In this document: positions 40,252-50,484 of the stretch, piece after piece
Position numbering within the stretch: position 1 is the first letter of the stretch
Layout: the number at the start of each line of letters is the position of its first letter
Source of the DNA: an uncultured bacterium
GTDB lineage: Bacteria > Verrucomicrobiota > Lentisphaeria > Victivallales > UBA1829
NCBI GenBank assembly: GCA_902780135.1
Contig: CACZEK010000001.1
Location: 64,663 to 128,662 of the forward strand
Direction: 5' to 3'
DNA: 64,000 nt
The notes under the pieces: generated by a model
What the model was told of the DNA's origin: nothing
The model's database searches: none
The model's input: the letters and a program-made list of their open reading frames with translations, nothing else
Translations under genes and position numbers: made by a program

Positions 40252-43089
40252 TTATTCCCAGTCTTTCCTTCCGTAGACCTTCAGGACTTCGTCGCCAAGA
40301 TGGTTGATGATCTTCACAGCGATTCTGCCTGTCTCCGGGATGTCGAACGGTCGAGAAAGGTCGCTGTGGATACTTTCCCAGGCATCCTTGTCGATTTCCG
40401 TATTCAGGGTCTTTCTCAGGCTGTCATAGGGGTCTTTCTGTCCCAGGAAGTACGCATGACGCACGAAGAAGCTTTCCTCGTTGTAGTTCGTGTCGATGAA
40501 CCAGCAGGCTATATCCGAGGTGTCTCCGCTGACAACTCGCCCTTCCTGTGGCTTGAAGATGTCAACGCCCTTGATCTTCACCCGGAGCTTACCGCCTTCT
40601 TTCAGGATGTCGATGTCCGGCTCACCGAAGACGACAAAGAGGTTGGCGTTGTTCGTCGTCTTCAGGTCTTCCGCCATGTGAAGGTCCGCGTTGATACGTC
40701 CTTTCAGGATCGGCAGTCTGCCCAGTTTGTTCAGTTCGGAGGACTGTGCATCATAATTGAACGCCAAGGCGATCATCTCGTCGAAACCATTCTCCGATGC
40801 TTCTCTGGCAGCTTCGACCAAATCGGTTCGTGAGACTGTACCGAACTCAGGTCCCAGGAAAATCGCTGCTCGAATCTGTTTGTCTCCACGCATGTACTTT
40901 CCTTCCGCACAGAGCTGCGATCCGGGGAGTGCTTCCAGCGTTTCGAACTCGATTCTGTCCTTCTTATCCATCTGCTGTACACCTGCGATTCGGAGATTAT
41001 CCAGGATCATGGCGGTGAAATCAGCAGCCGGTTTGCAGTCGTAAAGAGCATTCCTCGCGGCTTTCACGTCATTCGTCTGCATCAGGACCAGCGGATCGAT
41101 CAGATTTCCGTCTTCGTCCACGCCAAGCATCCGGTGAGGATCGAGGCTTTCCACCGTGAAGGGACCAGTTACGCGAACAACGGAGTTATCCACATACGGC
41201 TTGTCGTAGAGGTATTCGAACTCTGCATGAGCTGCGATTGATTCGTCGATCTCCTTCTGTCGTTTCAGGCGAAGTTCCCACCAAGCCTCCAATTCCTTCT
41301 GCGGAAGCTTTTTCGCTTCCTTCTCATCAGGACGAGGTACTTCCCATTCCTCCAAGCCACCGAGTTTCTTCCGCAATTCATCCATCTTGGGAGCATAGTT
41401 TTCCCAAATCACATCAATCTCTGAGTTGTTTGCGATACTTTTCAGTGTAACATGAGGAATACGTTCATATACGAAACCGAACCGAATATTGCCGTAGGTT
41501 GGCTGCTCCGAAGGAAGACGGTGCATAATTTCGCCTTCTTTGATCTGACCTTCCCTTGAATCTGCCAGCAGATAGTACGGGAATCTTGCCCCCATGAGAC
41601 GGGCTCGAGCCAAAGCAAGCGCGACACGGCTCGTGTCAATCGTGATCCAACGACGCCCCCATTGTTCCGCGACGTATGCAGTCGTTCCGGAACCACAGGT
41701 CGGATCAAGAACCAAATCACCGGGGTCTGTTGTCATTAGAAGACAGCGTTGGACAATTGAAAGACCTGTTTGGACAACATATATTTTATCTCCACCAAAT
41801 TGGTTTTGTCCAACAGTATCCGTCCAAACATTTGGGATTGGCATTGCAGGAAAATCGAAATAATAACGCACATATCCTATCTTCCCATTGCCACTCACGT
41901 CAAGTCTGTGAGCTTTTTTAAGGCGTTCTATGCCTTCTGCCGAGGTTTTCCAACTTCCTTTTTCGATTGTATGTTTCTTTCCATACAAAAAAATCGGTGG
42001 GCGGGCATTGTCGCCCCCTGCTTGACTTGTAAAATTGTCTAATCCATACAGGCGCATAGAGATTTCTTTTTCTGGAACATAAGCGCGTTTTTCCTCCTTT
42101 TGCCAATTCGAGACACTTATTCTTCTGCCATCGGGGTATTCAAGCTTCTTATATGCAGATGATCCCTCAGCTCCATATACTTTTGTCCTAAAAACCTCGC
42201 GATATTTCATTTTTTCTTTTCCGGCTTTTGAATACCAAAGCACATAATTGCCAACACTGGGTGGAGCCAATAGCTTTGCAGGACTACCTGCTCCTGTGGT
42301 CGTTTGAGTAAAAAGCATTGAAACAAAATTATCGGGTCCAAAAACCTCATCCAGCAGTGCACGAACACGGTGAACATTTTCATCCCCGATCTGAACGAAG
42401 ACGGAGCCGGTATCAGCAAGAAGGTCTCGTGCTATAATCAGACGGTCTCGGAGATAGGAGAGGTAGGAGTGGATACCCTCCCTCCAAGTGTCGCGAAACG
42501 CACGGACCATTTCCGGTTCTCGGGTGATGTCAACTCCATCCTTTTGATTTGGAGACGTGGTAGACCACTGGAAGTTGGAGTTGAACTTGATGCCGTAAGG
42601 TGGATCCATGTAGATGCACTGGACCTGACCACGGAGACCTTCCTTTTCAGCAAGCGACGCCATGACCTGCAGGGAGTCGCCCAGAATCATGCGGTTGGTC
42701 CAATTCTTCTCGTAGTGATAGAAATCCGTCCTGTCGGTTCCTTCCGGAACACCGTTGAAATCGCCGAAGAGATCAGGCGCTTCATCGTTTGCTGCACGTT
42801 CCTTGGTCTCGTTCATAAGGTCGCGCACAATGGTCTGAGGGTGGATTTTCTCCTGGATGTAGATCGGATAAGCCCTGACTTCGAGGGGGTGTTCATCCTG
42901 ACGGTCTTTCCCTCTCCATACAAGCTGAGGATCAAGGTCGGGATTGCGAGGGTATTTGAGTTCAACAGGCGTCAGAGCCATTCTGTCGGCGTAGCTGGAT
43001 TCTTCAGCAGTCGGAATACCGACACGCTTGTCCGGAAACTTGTTGGATACAACGAGCTTCGATTCTGTTTTTTTTCTGCCACGGGGCAT
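40252..43089 (-). CDS. mod: Type III restriction-modification DNA methyltransferase (Mod, beta class)
   Basis: DPPY catalytic motif precedes the DPTCGSGTT SAM-binding motif; start set to MPRG with AAGGAG SD. Confidence 0.92.
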   Translation of the reverse strand: MPRGRKKTESKLVVSNKFPDKRVGIPTAEESSYADRMALTPVELKYPRNPDLDPQLVWRGKDRQDEHPLEVRAYPIYIQEKIHPQTIVRDLMNETKERAANDEAPDLFGDFNGVPEGTDRTDFYHYEKNWTNRMILGDSLQVMASLAEKEGLRGQVQCIYMDPPYGIKFNSNFQWSTTSPNQKDGVDITREPEMVRAFRDTWREGIHSYLSYLRDRLIIARDLLADTGSVFVQIGDENVHRVRALLDEVFGPDNFVSMLFTQTTTGAGSPAKLLAPPSVGNYVLWYSKAGKEKMKYREVFRTKVYGAEGSSAYKKLEYPDGRRISVSNWQKEEKRAYVPEKEISMRLYGLDNFTSQAGGDNARPPIFLYGKKHTIEKGSWKTSAEGIERLKKAHRLDVSGNGKIGYVRYYFDFPAMPIPNVWTDTVGQNQFGGDKIYVVQTGLSIVQRCLLMTTDPGDLVLDPTCGSGTTAYVAEQWGRRWITIDTSRVALALARARLMGARFPYYLLADSREGQIKEGEIMHRLPSEQPTYGNIRFGFVYERIPHVTLKSIANNSEIDVIWENYAPKMDELRKKLGGLEEWEVPRPDEKEAKKLPQKELEAWWELRLKRQKEIDESIAAHAEFEYLYDKPYVDNSVVRVTGPFTVESLDPHRMLGVDEDGNLIDPLVLMQTNDVKAARNALYDCKPAADFTAMILDNLRIAGVQQMDKKDRIEFETLEALPGSQLCAEGKYMRGDKQIRAAIFLGPEFGTVSRTDLVEAAREASENGFDEMIALAFNYDAQSSELNKLGRLPILKGRINADLHMAEDLKTTNNANLFVVFGEPDIDILKEGGKLRVKIKGVDIFKPQEGRVVSGDTSDIACWFIDTNYNEESFFVRHAYFLGQKDPYDSLRKTLNTEIDKDAWESIHSDLSRPFDIPETGRIAVKIINHLGDEVLKVYGRKDWE

Positions 43090-43157
43090 AGTGCTGACTC
43101 CTTGCGTATTTGATTCGGTTTTGTTCCAATGTAGCCTGTTGATTCCGTCTGGCGGTC

Positions 43158-46139
43158 TTATCCCTTCTCCAGAACCTCGTCGATAAATTTCCTGAAATCC
43201 GCCTCGATGTCGAAGAAAGACTCGAACTGGGCGAACCTCCACTGCCCATAACTTCCGAGGTTATTCACCGCTGGAACCCAAAGGTTCTCGGTGGTCAATC
43301 TCTTGTCGTTGACCTGTTCGTTCTTAAAGCCCTTGATCTCGACAATGAGGCGAACGTCGTTGTCGAGGACGACAATGAAATCCGGGAAATAGAGGTGCCG
43401 TTCACCGCTGACCAGATAGGGGATGGAGAATCCGAGGTTATGGTTCTTCACATACGCCTTGACGCGAGGGTGATCTTCCAGAACCCTGCACATCTCTCCT
43501 TCCCAGTCAGAATCCAGTACAGCGTAGTTAATATGGCATCGGGAAGATGTCTCCCAAAGATTGGTTTTTGAGGTCGTAAAGGAAACGTTCGAGGTTGATC
43601 CGGTCGGATTGAACGGATTGATGATGGCGACAGGCCCTCTATTTTCGCTGCCAGGAACCAAAGCATTTGTTATACGCTCACAAGCCCGGTCTGCAAGTGT
43701 TTTGTAGAGGATTTGAGCGGGGTATGCTCCGCCCTTGCAGTGAAGATGATTTTTGACCCAGTCGGAGACAATAGCCTTGGCTTGACCGAAGAGATAAAGC
43801 TCCGGGTCTTCTCCAGGCTTCTTGAAATGCCGTTCAAGAAGGCACTGCGTGAGGTTGTAGATGATGGTGTTCGTACGGACGTTCTGCAAATGTTCGACCG
43901 AAAGAGTGACGCCTTCACCGACCACCGGTTCATTTTTGACCTTGCACGGACCGACTTCTTCAGGAGAAAGCAGGAAATCATGCTCGGGTTTCCATTTCGC
44001 CACGAGCTTGCTGGACTTCATATCGACACGATAGCCGTCAATGTTCGGGAATAGGATTTCCACATCGTTGCGATCAGGTATCACCGCATGAACAGAGACC
44101 ACCTTTCGAGGAGGAACAGGTTTTACAGGGACAGCTTTGCCTGTGAAGTCGAACGGAATACCGAAAATATCCGCATATTCAGCAGGGAACAGCCCGTTTT
44201 GGTCCAGATCATAGTTGGAACGCCTGAGTGCTCGACCAATGACCTGTTCGCAGATCAGCTGTGTACCGAATGCACGAAGACCAAGGATGTGGGTGACGTT
44301 GTTTGCATCCCAGCCTTCCGTCAGCATGGAGACGGAGACAACGCAGCGAATATCTCCGCCAAGCTTGCCTTCTTTTCCAACCGTATTCATGATTTCCCGG
44401 AGGAGATCGGAGTCTGTGAGCTTGTTTGCTTCTTCCGCACTGCCTGTACGTTCGCGGATTTCACGTTTGAACCGCTCGATTTCGTCCTTTGCTGCTGCTC
44501 GGAAATCGTCGCTCAATGCTTCTCCTGATTCCAGCTGCATGCTGTCAACCAGGATGGTACGGGGTTTGGGCAGAGGATTGCCGGATGCATCATAGTTGCT
44601 GAAAAGCGGACATTGCCCTGCTCGAAACGAGGTGTTTTCAGAGAGTTTGTACCCCGAAACGTAGTCGTAAATGAGCTTGGAAATGGCTGTGTTCTGACAG
44701 ACGAAGATAAAGCACGGAGGCGTTGGCATCTTCGCTTCTTCCCATTGATCGAACGTCTTTTCGTAGTGCCCGTACAGCTGGTCAATGGCGGTACACAGTT
44801 CAGCAGGAAGCTTCGCAGGGTCAAGCACTCCTCCGTTCTCACGGTTTTTCTTCGGCATCTGTGAGCCAACATGCTTCCATAGTTCACGGAAAACCGGGAT
44901 TTTGTCTGGATGTGGGTCGTTGTCTGCGACAGGAACACGAGGCAGCTTGACGATACCACACTCGATGGCATCCATGAGAGAGAAATCCGAAACGGTCCAT
45001 GGGAAGAGTTTGCCCTCGGAATAACCGGAACCACGCAGGAAGAACGGCGTAGCGGAGAGATCGACCACACGACACTTCATCTTGCGGTTGACAGCCTCCA
45101 ACCCGGAAATCCAGAGACGTGCCATTTCCTTTCGCTGATTCAGCTCGTCGTTTTCATCCTTCGTCCCTTTGTCCTCTGCCTCATCGTGAGGCTTCTCTCG
45201 ATAGCAGTGATGAGCCTCGTCATTGATGACCAGGATATTCTTGAAGCCCATCAGCTCCGGCATGACCCGTGCAAGCATCTGGCCTTCTGTTTCCTGTGTT
45301 TCGATCTGTGGACCATGACGCCCGTTCAGCAGCGCCTTCGTTCCTTTGGAGAGTTCCAGCAGGTCCTTCCGCTTGAAGACATGGTAGTTCGTGATGACGA
45401 TCTTCGCCTTCATGAGTTCGTTGGCGTAGTCCTGCGGAATAAGCTCGCGTCTCAGGTAGTAGGAATCTGGATCGTTGGGTTGCAGTACACGCAGCCTGTC
45501 CTTGATCGTCAGTCCAGGTGCAACGACCAGAAAACCCTTCGTGAAATACTTGCTGCTTGGATGTCGTACAGCATTGACCGTCTGCCAGGCGATAATCATC
45601 GCCATGACCGTTGTTTTTCCTGCTCCTGTAGCGAGCTTCAGGGCAATACGGTACAGGTCAGGGTTGGCGTCTTCATTACCGGTCTTGATGTGTTCGAGGA
45701 TGTCCTTCCATTGCTTGTTGCCGGGTGCAACCTCAGTGAGCCAGATCAGGACCTCGACAGCTTCGATTTGGCAGAAGAACGGACGTTGATTCAGGAAATC
45801 GTGTGTTCGCCAGTGATGAAGCAATCGTGCAGTCTCAGGCGTAACACCCCACTGCCGTTCCGGAAGATTGCGCCATGCAGAAACGGCGGTACGAATACGG
45901 TTGATCCACTCGTACTCTGCGTACTGTTGACCGTCTTCAACATCGTCAAGCTCGAACTCGGTCTGAACGTAATCATCTCCGGTGGAGTGCTTCGCCCTTG
46001 CCACTGGGGATGTGTACGAAGCTTTCCGTCGTCCTTCCTCAATCACGTTCGTGGGCTGGCCTGTGTCGTCCAGCATCCAATGGCGAGTTGGGATTTCATA
46101 CGGGGAGTTCAAAACCGGACTGTCGAAAAACTCTGCCAT
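43158..46139 (-). CDS. res: Type III restriction endonuclease (Res, BPTD_3080-like family)
   Basis: ATGAGKT, NDEAHH, LSATP, LTEGWD, EQVIGRALR helicase motifs; YFPDF...IVEIKG PD-(D/E)XK nuclease. Confidence 0.92.
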   Translation of the reverse strand: MAEFFDSPVLNSPYEIPTRHWMLDDTGQPTNVIEEGRRKASYTSPVARAKHSTGDDYVQTEFELDDVEDGQQYAEYEWINRIRTAVSAWRNLPERQWGVTPETARLLHHWRTHDFLNQRPFFCQIEAVEVLIWLTEVAPGNKQWKDILEHIKTGNEDANPDLYRIALKLATGAGKTTVMAMIIAWQTVNAVRHPSSKYFTKGFLVVAPGLTIKDRLRVLQPNDPDSYYLRRELIPQDYANELMKAKIVITNYHVFKRKDLLELSKGTKALLNGRHGPQIETQETEGQMLARVMPELMGFKNILVINDEAHHCYREKPHDEAEDKGTKDENDELNQRKEMARLWISGLEAVNRKMKCRVVDLSATPFFLRGSGYSEGKLFPWTVSDFSLMDAIECGIVKLPRVPVADNDPHPDKIPVFRELWKHVGSQMPKKNRENGGVLDPAKLPAELCTAIDQLYGHYEKTFDQWEEAKMPTPPCFIFVCQNTAISKLIYDYVSGYKLSENTSFRAGQCPLFSNYDASGNPLPKPRTILVDSMQLESGEALSDDFRAAAKDEIERFKREIRERTGSAEEANKLTDSDLLREIMNTVGKEGKLGGDIRCVVSVSMLTEGWDANNVTHILGLRAFGTQLICEQVIGRALRRSNYDLDQNGLFPAEYADIFGIPFDFTGKAVPVKPVPPRKVVSVHAVIPDRNDVEILFPNIDGYRVDMKSSKLVAKWKPEHDFLLSPEEVGPCKVKNEPVVGEGVTLSVEHLQNVRTNTIIYNLTQCLLERHFKKPGEDPELYLFGQAKAIVSDWVKNHLHCKGGAYPAQILYKTLADRACERITNALVPGSENRGPVAIINPFNPTGSTSNVSFTTSKTNLWETSSRCHINYAVLDSDWEGEMCRVLEDHPRVKAYVKNHNLGFSIPYLVSGERHLYFPDFIVVLDNDVRLIVEIKGFKNEQVNDKRLTTENLWVPAVNNLGSYGQWRFAQFESFFDIEADFRKFIDEVLEKG

Positions 46140-46676
46140 GGGGTGTCCTTATGCTTTCTCCGTTCGTTTGAGGTCGGAGTGTTGCCGTTCATGTTGAAGC
46201 TGATTGTGCAATACTGTACTACAATCTATATATAAAATCAAGAAAATAGTTTCGATTTTAAAGTTCTTTTTGCGATAATCGTCTGAATATAGCCGTGTGA
46301 TACGGTCCAGACAAGTGAAAACAGAGCCATCTCCAGCATGAAATATCCCGTGGGAAAGGTATTGTTAAGCTCGCAGTAATCTATCATCAAAAAAACTGTA
46401 AGCACATAGAAAGTGCATTTTCAATATATTAAATTACCGTATTTACAATATATAGTCTGTTCAGATATCTTTTGGAATTGCATATTTTGTATTTAAAAAT
46501 GCAGTTTTGACTATGAGGAATGCATAGTACATTTGTTTTAATATAAGGACATATGCGCACATGCGCGTTATTAATATCCACTCTGAAATGAAACAGGAGA
46601 GAGAGTAGATGGCACAGATACGCACAGGATACAAGCGCAGTCAACATGACCCTCATCAAAGCAATCAGGAAGGATC

Positions 46677-46716
46677 AGGGGCTGATGCAGAATCTCACAG
46701 GCATGCATCAGCCCCC
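46677..46716. repeat. Perfect 13-bp inverted repeat, 14-nt loop
   Basis: AGGGGCTGATGCA / TGCATCAGCCCCT. Confidence 0.85.
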
Positions 46717-47093
46717 TTTCCAACCTCTCCGTCCAAAAGGTTATTCGTCTTCGTAAAAGGTGCTGTCCAGCATTGCTCTGGAGATTTCAGATCCATGTGC
46801 AGAACCTTTCGAAAAACATTCCCTGGCTTTTACCCTGTCTATCTCGTATTATGTACTCGTCACAAAATATTTTAGCCAAGTGAAGTAACTGTTTTCCGGG
46901 AATGGCGTTCTATAGCATTTGGATATATATGACAATGGTGAGTCATAAAGACACGAATATTTTCGGAAGTGTCTTCTGCGTTGAATACAACAATCCGCCA
47001 AACTTGATAGGATGTCCAGATGAGGCAAACATCGCCTTTGTCTGCAATCTTTCACCAAGTTAAACATAACTTTAACCAAAAGAGAAAAACAGT

Positions 47094-47204
47094 ATGGAAA
47101 AAGAAATTGATTCGAACAGAATGCTGGAAATTGCCACAGGAACATTTATCGCTATGTTGGCGTATGGAGTCATCAAACTTATCATCAGGTCTCTGTGCGA
47201 TTAA
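47094..47204 (+). CDS. 36-aa single-TM peptide (not in the ORF track)
   Basis: MEKEIDSNRMLEIATGTFIAMLAYGVIKLIIRSLCD, followed by an 11-bp hairpin. Confidence 0.45.
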   Translation: MEKEIDSNRMLEIATGTFIAMLAYGVIKLIIRSLCD

Positions 47205-47224
47205 ACTCAAGGCAGTTCTCCACA

Positions 47225-47255
47225 GTCCTACCGGATAGAATATCTCCGGTAGGAC
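47225..47255. terminator. Hairpin between convergent small ORF and YagK-like gene
   Basis: GTCCTACCGGA / TCCGGTAGGAC perfect 11-bp inverted repeat. Confidence 0.6.
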
Positions 47256-47338
47256 ATTCCAAATATTTGGATCAGTTTTATCTTATTAACAAATGTATTT
47301 CTTTTGATAATTAATACACCAGTTCTGAATGCAAGTGA

Positions 47339-47881
47339 TTATCTTTTTATTCTGGAAGTGAAGAAAGTTTTTCCTTTAACACCTTCTTTTTGATCTGTTT
47401 TTGCCAGATAGCTTACTTGACGCTGTGCTTCATGTAAATCTGTTAAATCAGGATTATCTCGGTGAATCATAATTCCATTTCTATGTCCATCGTTACAATA
47501 ATGAACTGAACCACCTGGTCCTACAGTATTCTGAATGACTTTTTTCATGTTTTCAAAATGCGGATAAGTACTTTCTGTTTTTTCCCCATTCACGAATAAT
47601 ACCATGTGATAGTGGACTTTACCTTTTGAGCTTATTTCTCTTGCTACGATATGCGCAGGAGCATAGCCAGCATTTTTCTCTTTTTCAATATACCGTTTGT
47701 TAATTCTTATAATAGCTTCTTGCTCTGTTCCTTCTGGAAGATGTATATCCTCTCTTATTACAAGCGTTTTAGCGTGTTCGTTAATATAGTTATTCATGAG
47801 TTTGAAAGATGCTTTTAGAATCTTTTTGTTCATTGGGATATTGAGAACACTTGCAGTTGAAAGAAATTCATCATCGTTCAT
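47339..47881 (-). CDS. YagK/YfjJ (inovirus Gp2-like) HUH endonuclease domain protein
   Basis: KTLVIREDIHLP, ARE...HYH (HUH), NGIMI, SYLAK (catalytic Tyr), KTFFTS. Confidence 0.8.
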   Translation of the reverse strand: MNDDEFLSTASVLNIPMNKKILKASFKLMNNYINEHAKTLVIREDIHLPEGTEQEAIIRINKRYIEKEKNAGYAPAHIVAREISSKGKVHYHMVLFVNGEKTESTYPHFENMKKVIQNTVGPGGSVHYCNDGHRNGIMIHRDNPDLTDLHEAQRQVSYLAKTDQKEGVKGKTFFTSRIKR

Positions 47882-48137
47882 ATATTTTTCCTCATTAGAT
47901 TATTTCGATTGTTATATCTGTTGATATTTAATAGAGAAGATCGTTTAATAGAGTGTTATATAGTAATATATATTATCCTTTCCCTTAGACGGGTAAAAGC
48001 CATCTTAAAATAATTGATGTTTTGAATGAGACATCAAGTTTTAGGTGTATATGACACATCGGCATATAATAATATTAATCATGTAAAGATTTATTATCTT
48101 ATACAAGTTATCGTCACACAAAAAAGGAGCATTAAAT

Positions 48138-48611
48138 ATGGACAACAATGAATCCAACCCGTTAGAAAGAATAGGAGAACTTCTTGAACAATATCTGAAC
48201 ATGTTTGGCCAGGCCAGAGTAGCTTTTTATTCAATTCCACTTTTTGAAGATCCTGAAAGCTATTCCAATTACATGAATTCCTTCACGTCTGCTTTAAGAC
48301 GAGCGAATTGCCGCCCAGCCTATGCGATGTCCTATAATTCCAACAGAGGATGTAGAAACATTCTTTTGATTGTTCAGGGATACTTCCGGAACGATATGAA
48401 CGATGTCACGGATGCAGCTCAGAGGATTATGCAGCTGTACTCCCCATTTCCAATTCAGTTTATAGCTGATCTTCCGATGAATTATGCCACGCTAGATCAG
48501 GACAAAATGAGAGTATTCGACGCCATCAACAGAATAGGTTTTCTTCCTTCATCTCCTCAAAGGCTTCTGCCTCCGCATACACGAACTTTTGCCATTTCAA
48601 AACTCTATTAA
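48138..48611 (+). CDS. Degenerate YagK/YfjJ-like paralogue lacking HUH and Tyr
   Basis: Colinear similarity to 47339-47881 (PAY, ILLIVQG, RTFAISK); catalytic residues absent. Confidence 0.55.
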   Translation: MDNNESNPLERIGELLEQYLNMFGQARVAFYSIPLFEDPESYSNYMNSFTSALRRANCRPAYAMSYNSNRGCRNILLIVQGYFRNDMNDVTDAAQRIMQLYSPFPIQFIADLPMNYATLDQDKMRVFDAINRIGFLPSSPQRLLPPHTRTFAISKLY

Positions 48612-48802
48612 AAGTCCTAAATAGCGGAAAAACGAGTAAAATTAGACAAAAAAAGGCGTTTTTAAGCTATTTTTGAGCATATTTTTGCCATAAAAGCCTG
48701 TTTTTTACCTTAAAAACGATTATCAAGGGAATTTAAGCATATATTCCTCCACCGAATATCAAAAATTGACATTTCACCACTAACCCTATTTTGGAGGTAA
48801 CA

Positions 48803-50341
48803 ATGCAAATTCCCGTAATCAAAAACGAATTGGCCGGAGCCCTGTCGGCTCTGGGGAAGCTGGTCTCCCGGACGTCTCTCATCAAGGCGTATCAGGGGAT
48901 CGAAATCGAAGGCAAAGCGAACATGCTTTACTTCAGGACCCGAAACGTGATTGAGCAGATCGAATTCCGGCTGTTTGCCGACCTGGAAAATGATTTCCCG
49001 GCAATTCTCGTGGAGTTCGAGCAGTTCCGTCAAGCGGTTCGTAACTGCAAGAACAAAACGCTGAAGTTTGAGATTGACTGTCGCGAGGTCTTCATCGACG
49101 ATGTCAAAATGGCTCCTGTCAAAGGGAGTTTTCCACAGAAGGAACAAGTCCCGGATCAAGATATCTGCGTCATGGAGCTTCCTTCTGACACGCTTTCTGC
49201 GCTGTCTTTGCTCGCTCCTATCACCGACCGTGACACGAATGCCAACAAACGGGCAGATACCCGTAGGATTCTCACGGGAATCAACATCAGCGGAGATGGA
49301 TTCACCGCCACAGACGGCAAAGAACTCTCGAACATCCCTCTCAAGCTCGGAACGAATGGAAGCATCACGATTCCATTTCCCCTTGCCTTGCTTGCGACCA
49401 AAGCCTTTGGCGAATCCGGTCGTCTTTGCACATGGCAGAAGAATGAAGACACGCATTTCGATCTTACTCTCGGCGAATGGACGTGGTCTGGCAAGGCTCT
49501 CAACGGAAATTATCCAAAATGGAAACAGATCGTGTCTGAACGAACAGATGCGACGCATTATGTGAACATTCAAGATGACCAAGCTGAACATTTGATGCGT
49601 TATTTGAAAAGCATCCCGGATGATCCGAGGAACTTCAACAGCGTTAAGGTCAGCCGTCTTCCTGATGCTCCGGGCAATCTCCACCTCGAAAGCTCCAACG
49701 GCATGCTGTTCAATATCCATGCCGAGTTCGATCCGAACTGGAACGGTTTAGCGTTCAGGGTCAGAAAAGAATTCCTTCTGCATCTGCTGGATGCTGGACA
49801 TCGGAAGATTGAACTCAACGATGAGTTAAGTCCGATTGTCGGAACAGGTGGCTGTGGCAAATATATCACAATGCCCATTCGTTCCGCAAAACCGAAACAG
49901 GAAGCGTCCAATCAAATGGAAACACAGACCAATATCCATCCTGAACAGGACGAGCCTCAGACCATCCGAGAAGAAGAGGAAACTGTTTCCGTGCAGAATC
50001 CACCTCACCCGCAGGAAAGCACCCCTCAAACCCCCATTCCCAATACCAACCTCAACAAGGAGAACCCCACTATGGAAACCAACAACATCACCCACGTCGA
50101 GTCTGCTCCCGTTCAGACTTTCACCCCGAATCATGAATCTGCAAAGGCGTTGCCTTCGATTGACGAGCTGATTGCCGGCATTGAAGCGTTCAAGTCCACA
50201 CTGAAAACGCTGTCGGATGAATCCGCCGTCATGAGCCGCAGAATTCGCGAGTTCGCTCTTGCGCAGAGACAGAAAGACCGCGAATACAAGCAGACCAAAC
50301 GCACACTTGATCGTGTTCGTGTTGCAAGCGGAGCTGCCTGA
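48803..50341 (+). CDS. DNA polymerase III beta-clamp (DnaN)-like protein with C-terminal extension
   Basis: TRRILTGI, TATDGKEL, KALNGNYPKWKQIV, KEFLLHLL, KYITMPIR ending at residue 360; GGAGG SD. Confidence 0.8.
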   Translation: MQIPVIKNELAGALSALGKLVSRTSLIKAYQGIEIEGKANMLYFRTRNVIEQIEFRLFADLENDFPAILVEFEQFRQAVRNCKNKTLKFEIDCREVFIDDVKMAPVKGSFPQKEQVPDQDICVMELPSDTLSALSLLAPITDRDTNANKRADTRRILTGINISGDGFTATDGKELSNIPLKLGTNGSITIPFPLALLATKAFGESGRLCTWQKNEDTHFDLTLGEWTWSGKALNGNYPKWKQIVSERTDATHYVNIQDDQAEHLMRYLKSIPDDPRNFNSVKVSRLPDAPGNLHLESSNGMLFNIHAEFDPNWNGLAFRVRKEFLLHLLDAGHRKIELNDELSPIVGTGGCGKYITMPIRSAKPKQEASNQMETQTNIHPEQDEPQTIREEEETVSVQNPPHPQESTPQTPIPNTNLNKENPTMETNNITHVESAPVQTFTPNHESAKALPSIDELIAGIEAFKSTLKTLSDESAVMSRRIREFALAQRQKDREYKQTKRTLDRVRVASGAA

Positions 50342-50484
50342 TTCATCCCTGCATCGTCTCCTCCCGACATGGATTTGAACTTAAATTTAGGCTACAATTT
50401 TTATTGTAATAGTTATTATACATTATATAGTCAGAGCTATTTTGCTTCGAATACATTAACCACAACCAACACAGGAGAAATGCC

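Noticed and set aside
43068-43076. Poly-A tract near the mod 5' end as a phase-variation switch
   Set aside because: A run of about 8 nt encoding Lys-Lys is short and in frame; no simple-sequence repeat is present.
46730-47145. Sel1/TPR-like pseudogene on the minus strand interrupted by TAA
   Set aside because: Resemblance is limited to a few residues in AT-rich DNA; not supportable without a search.
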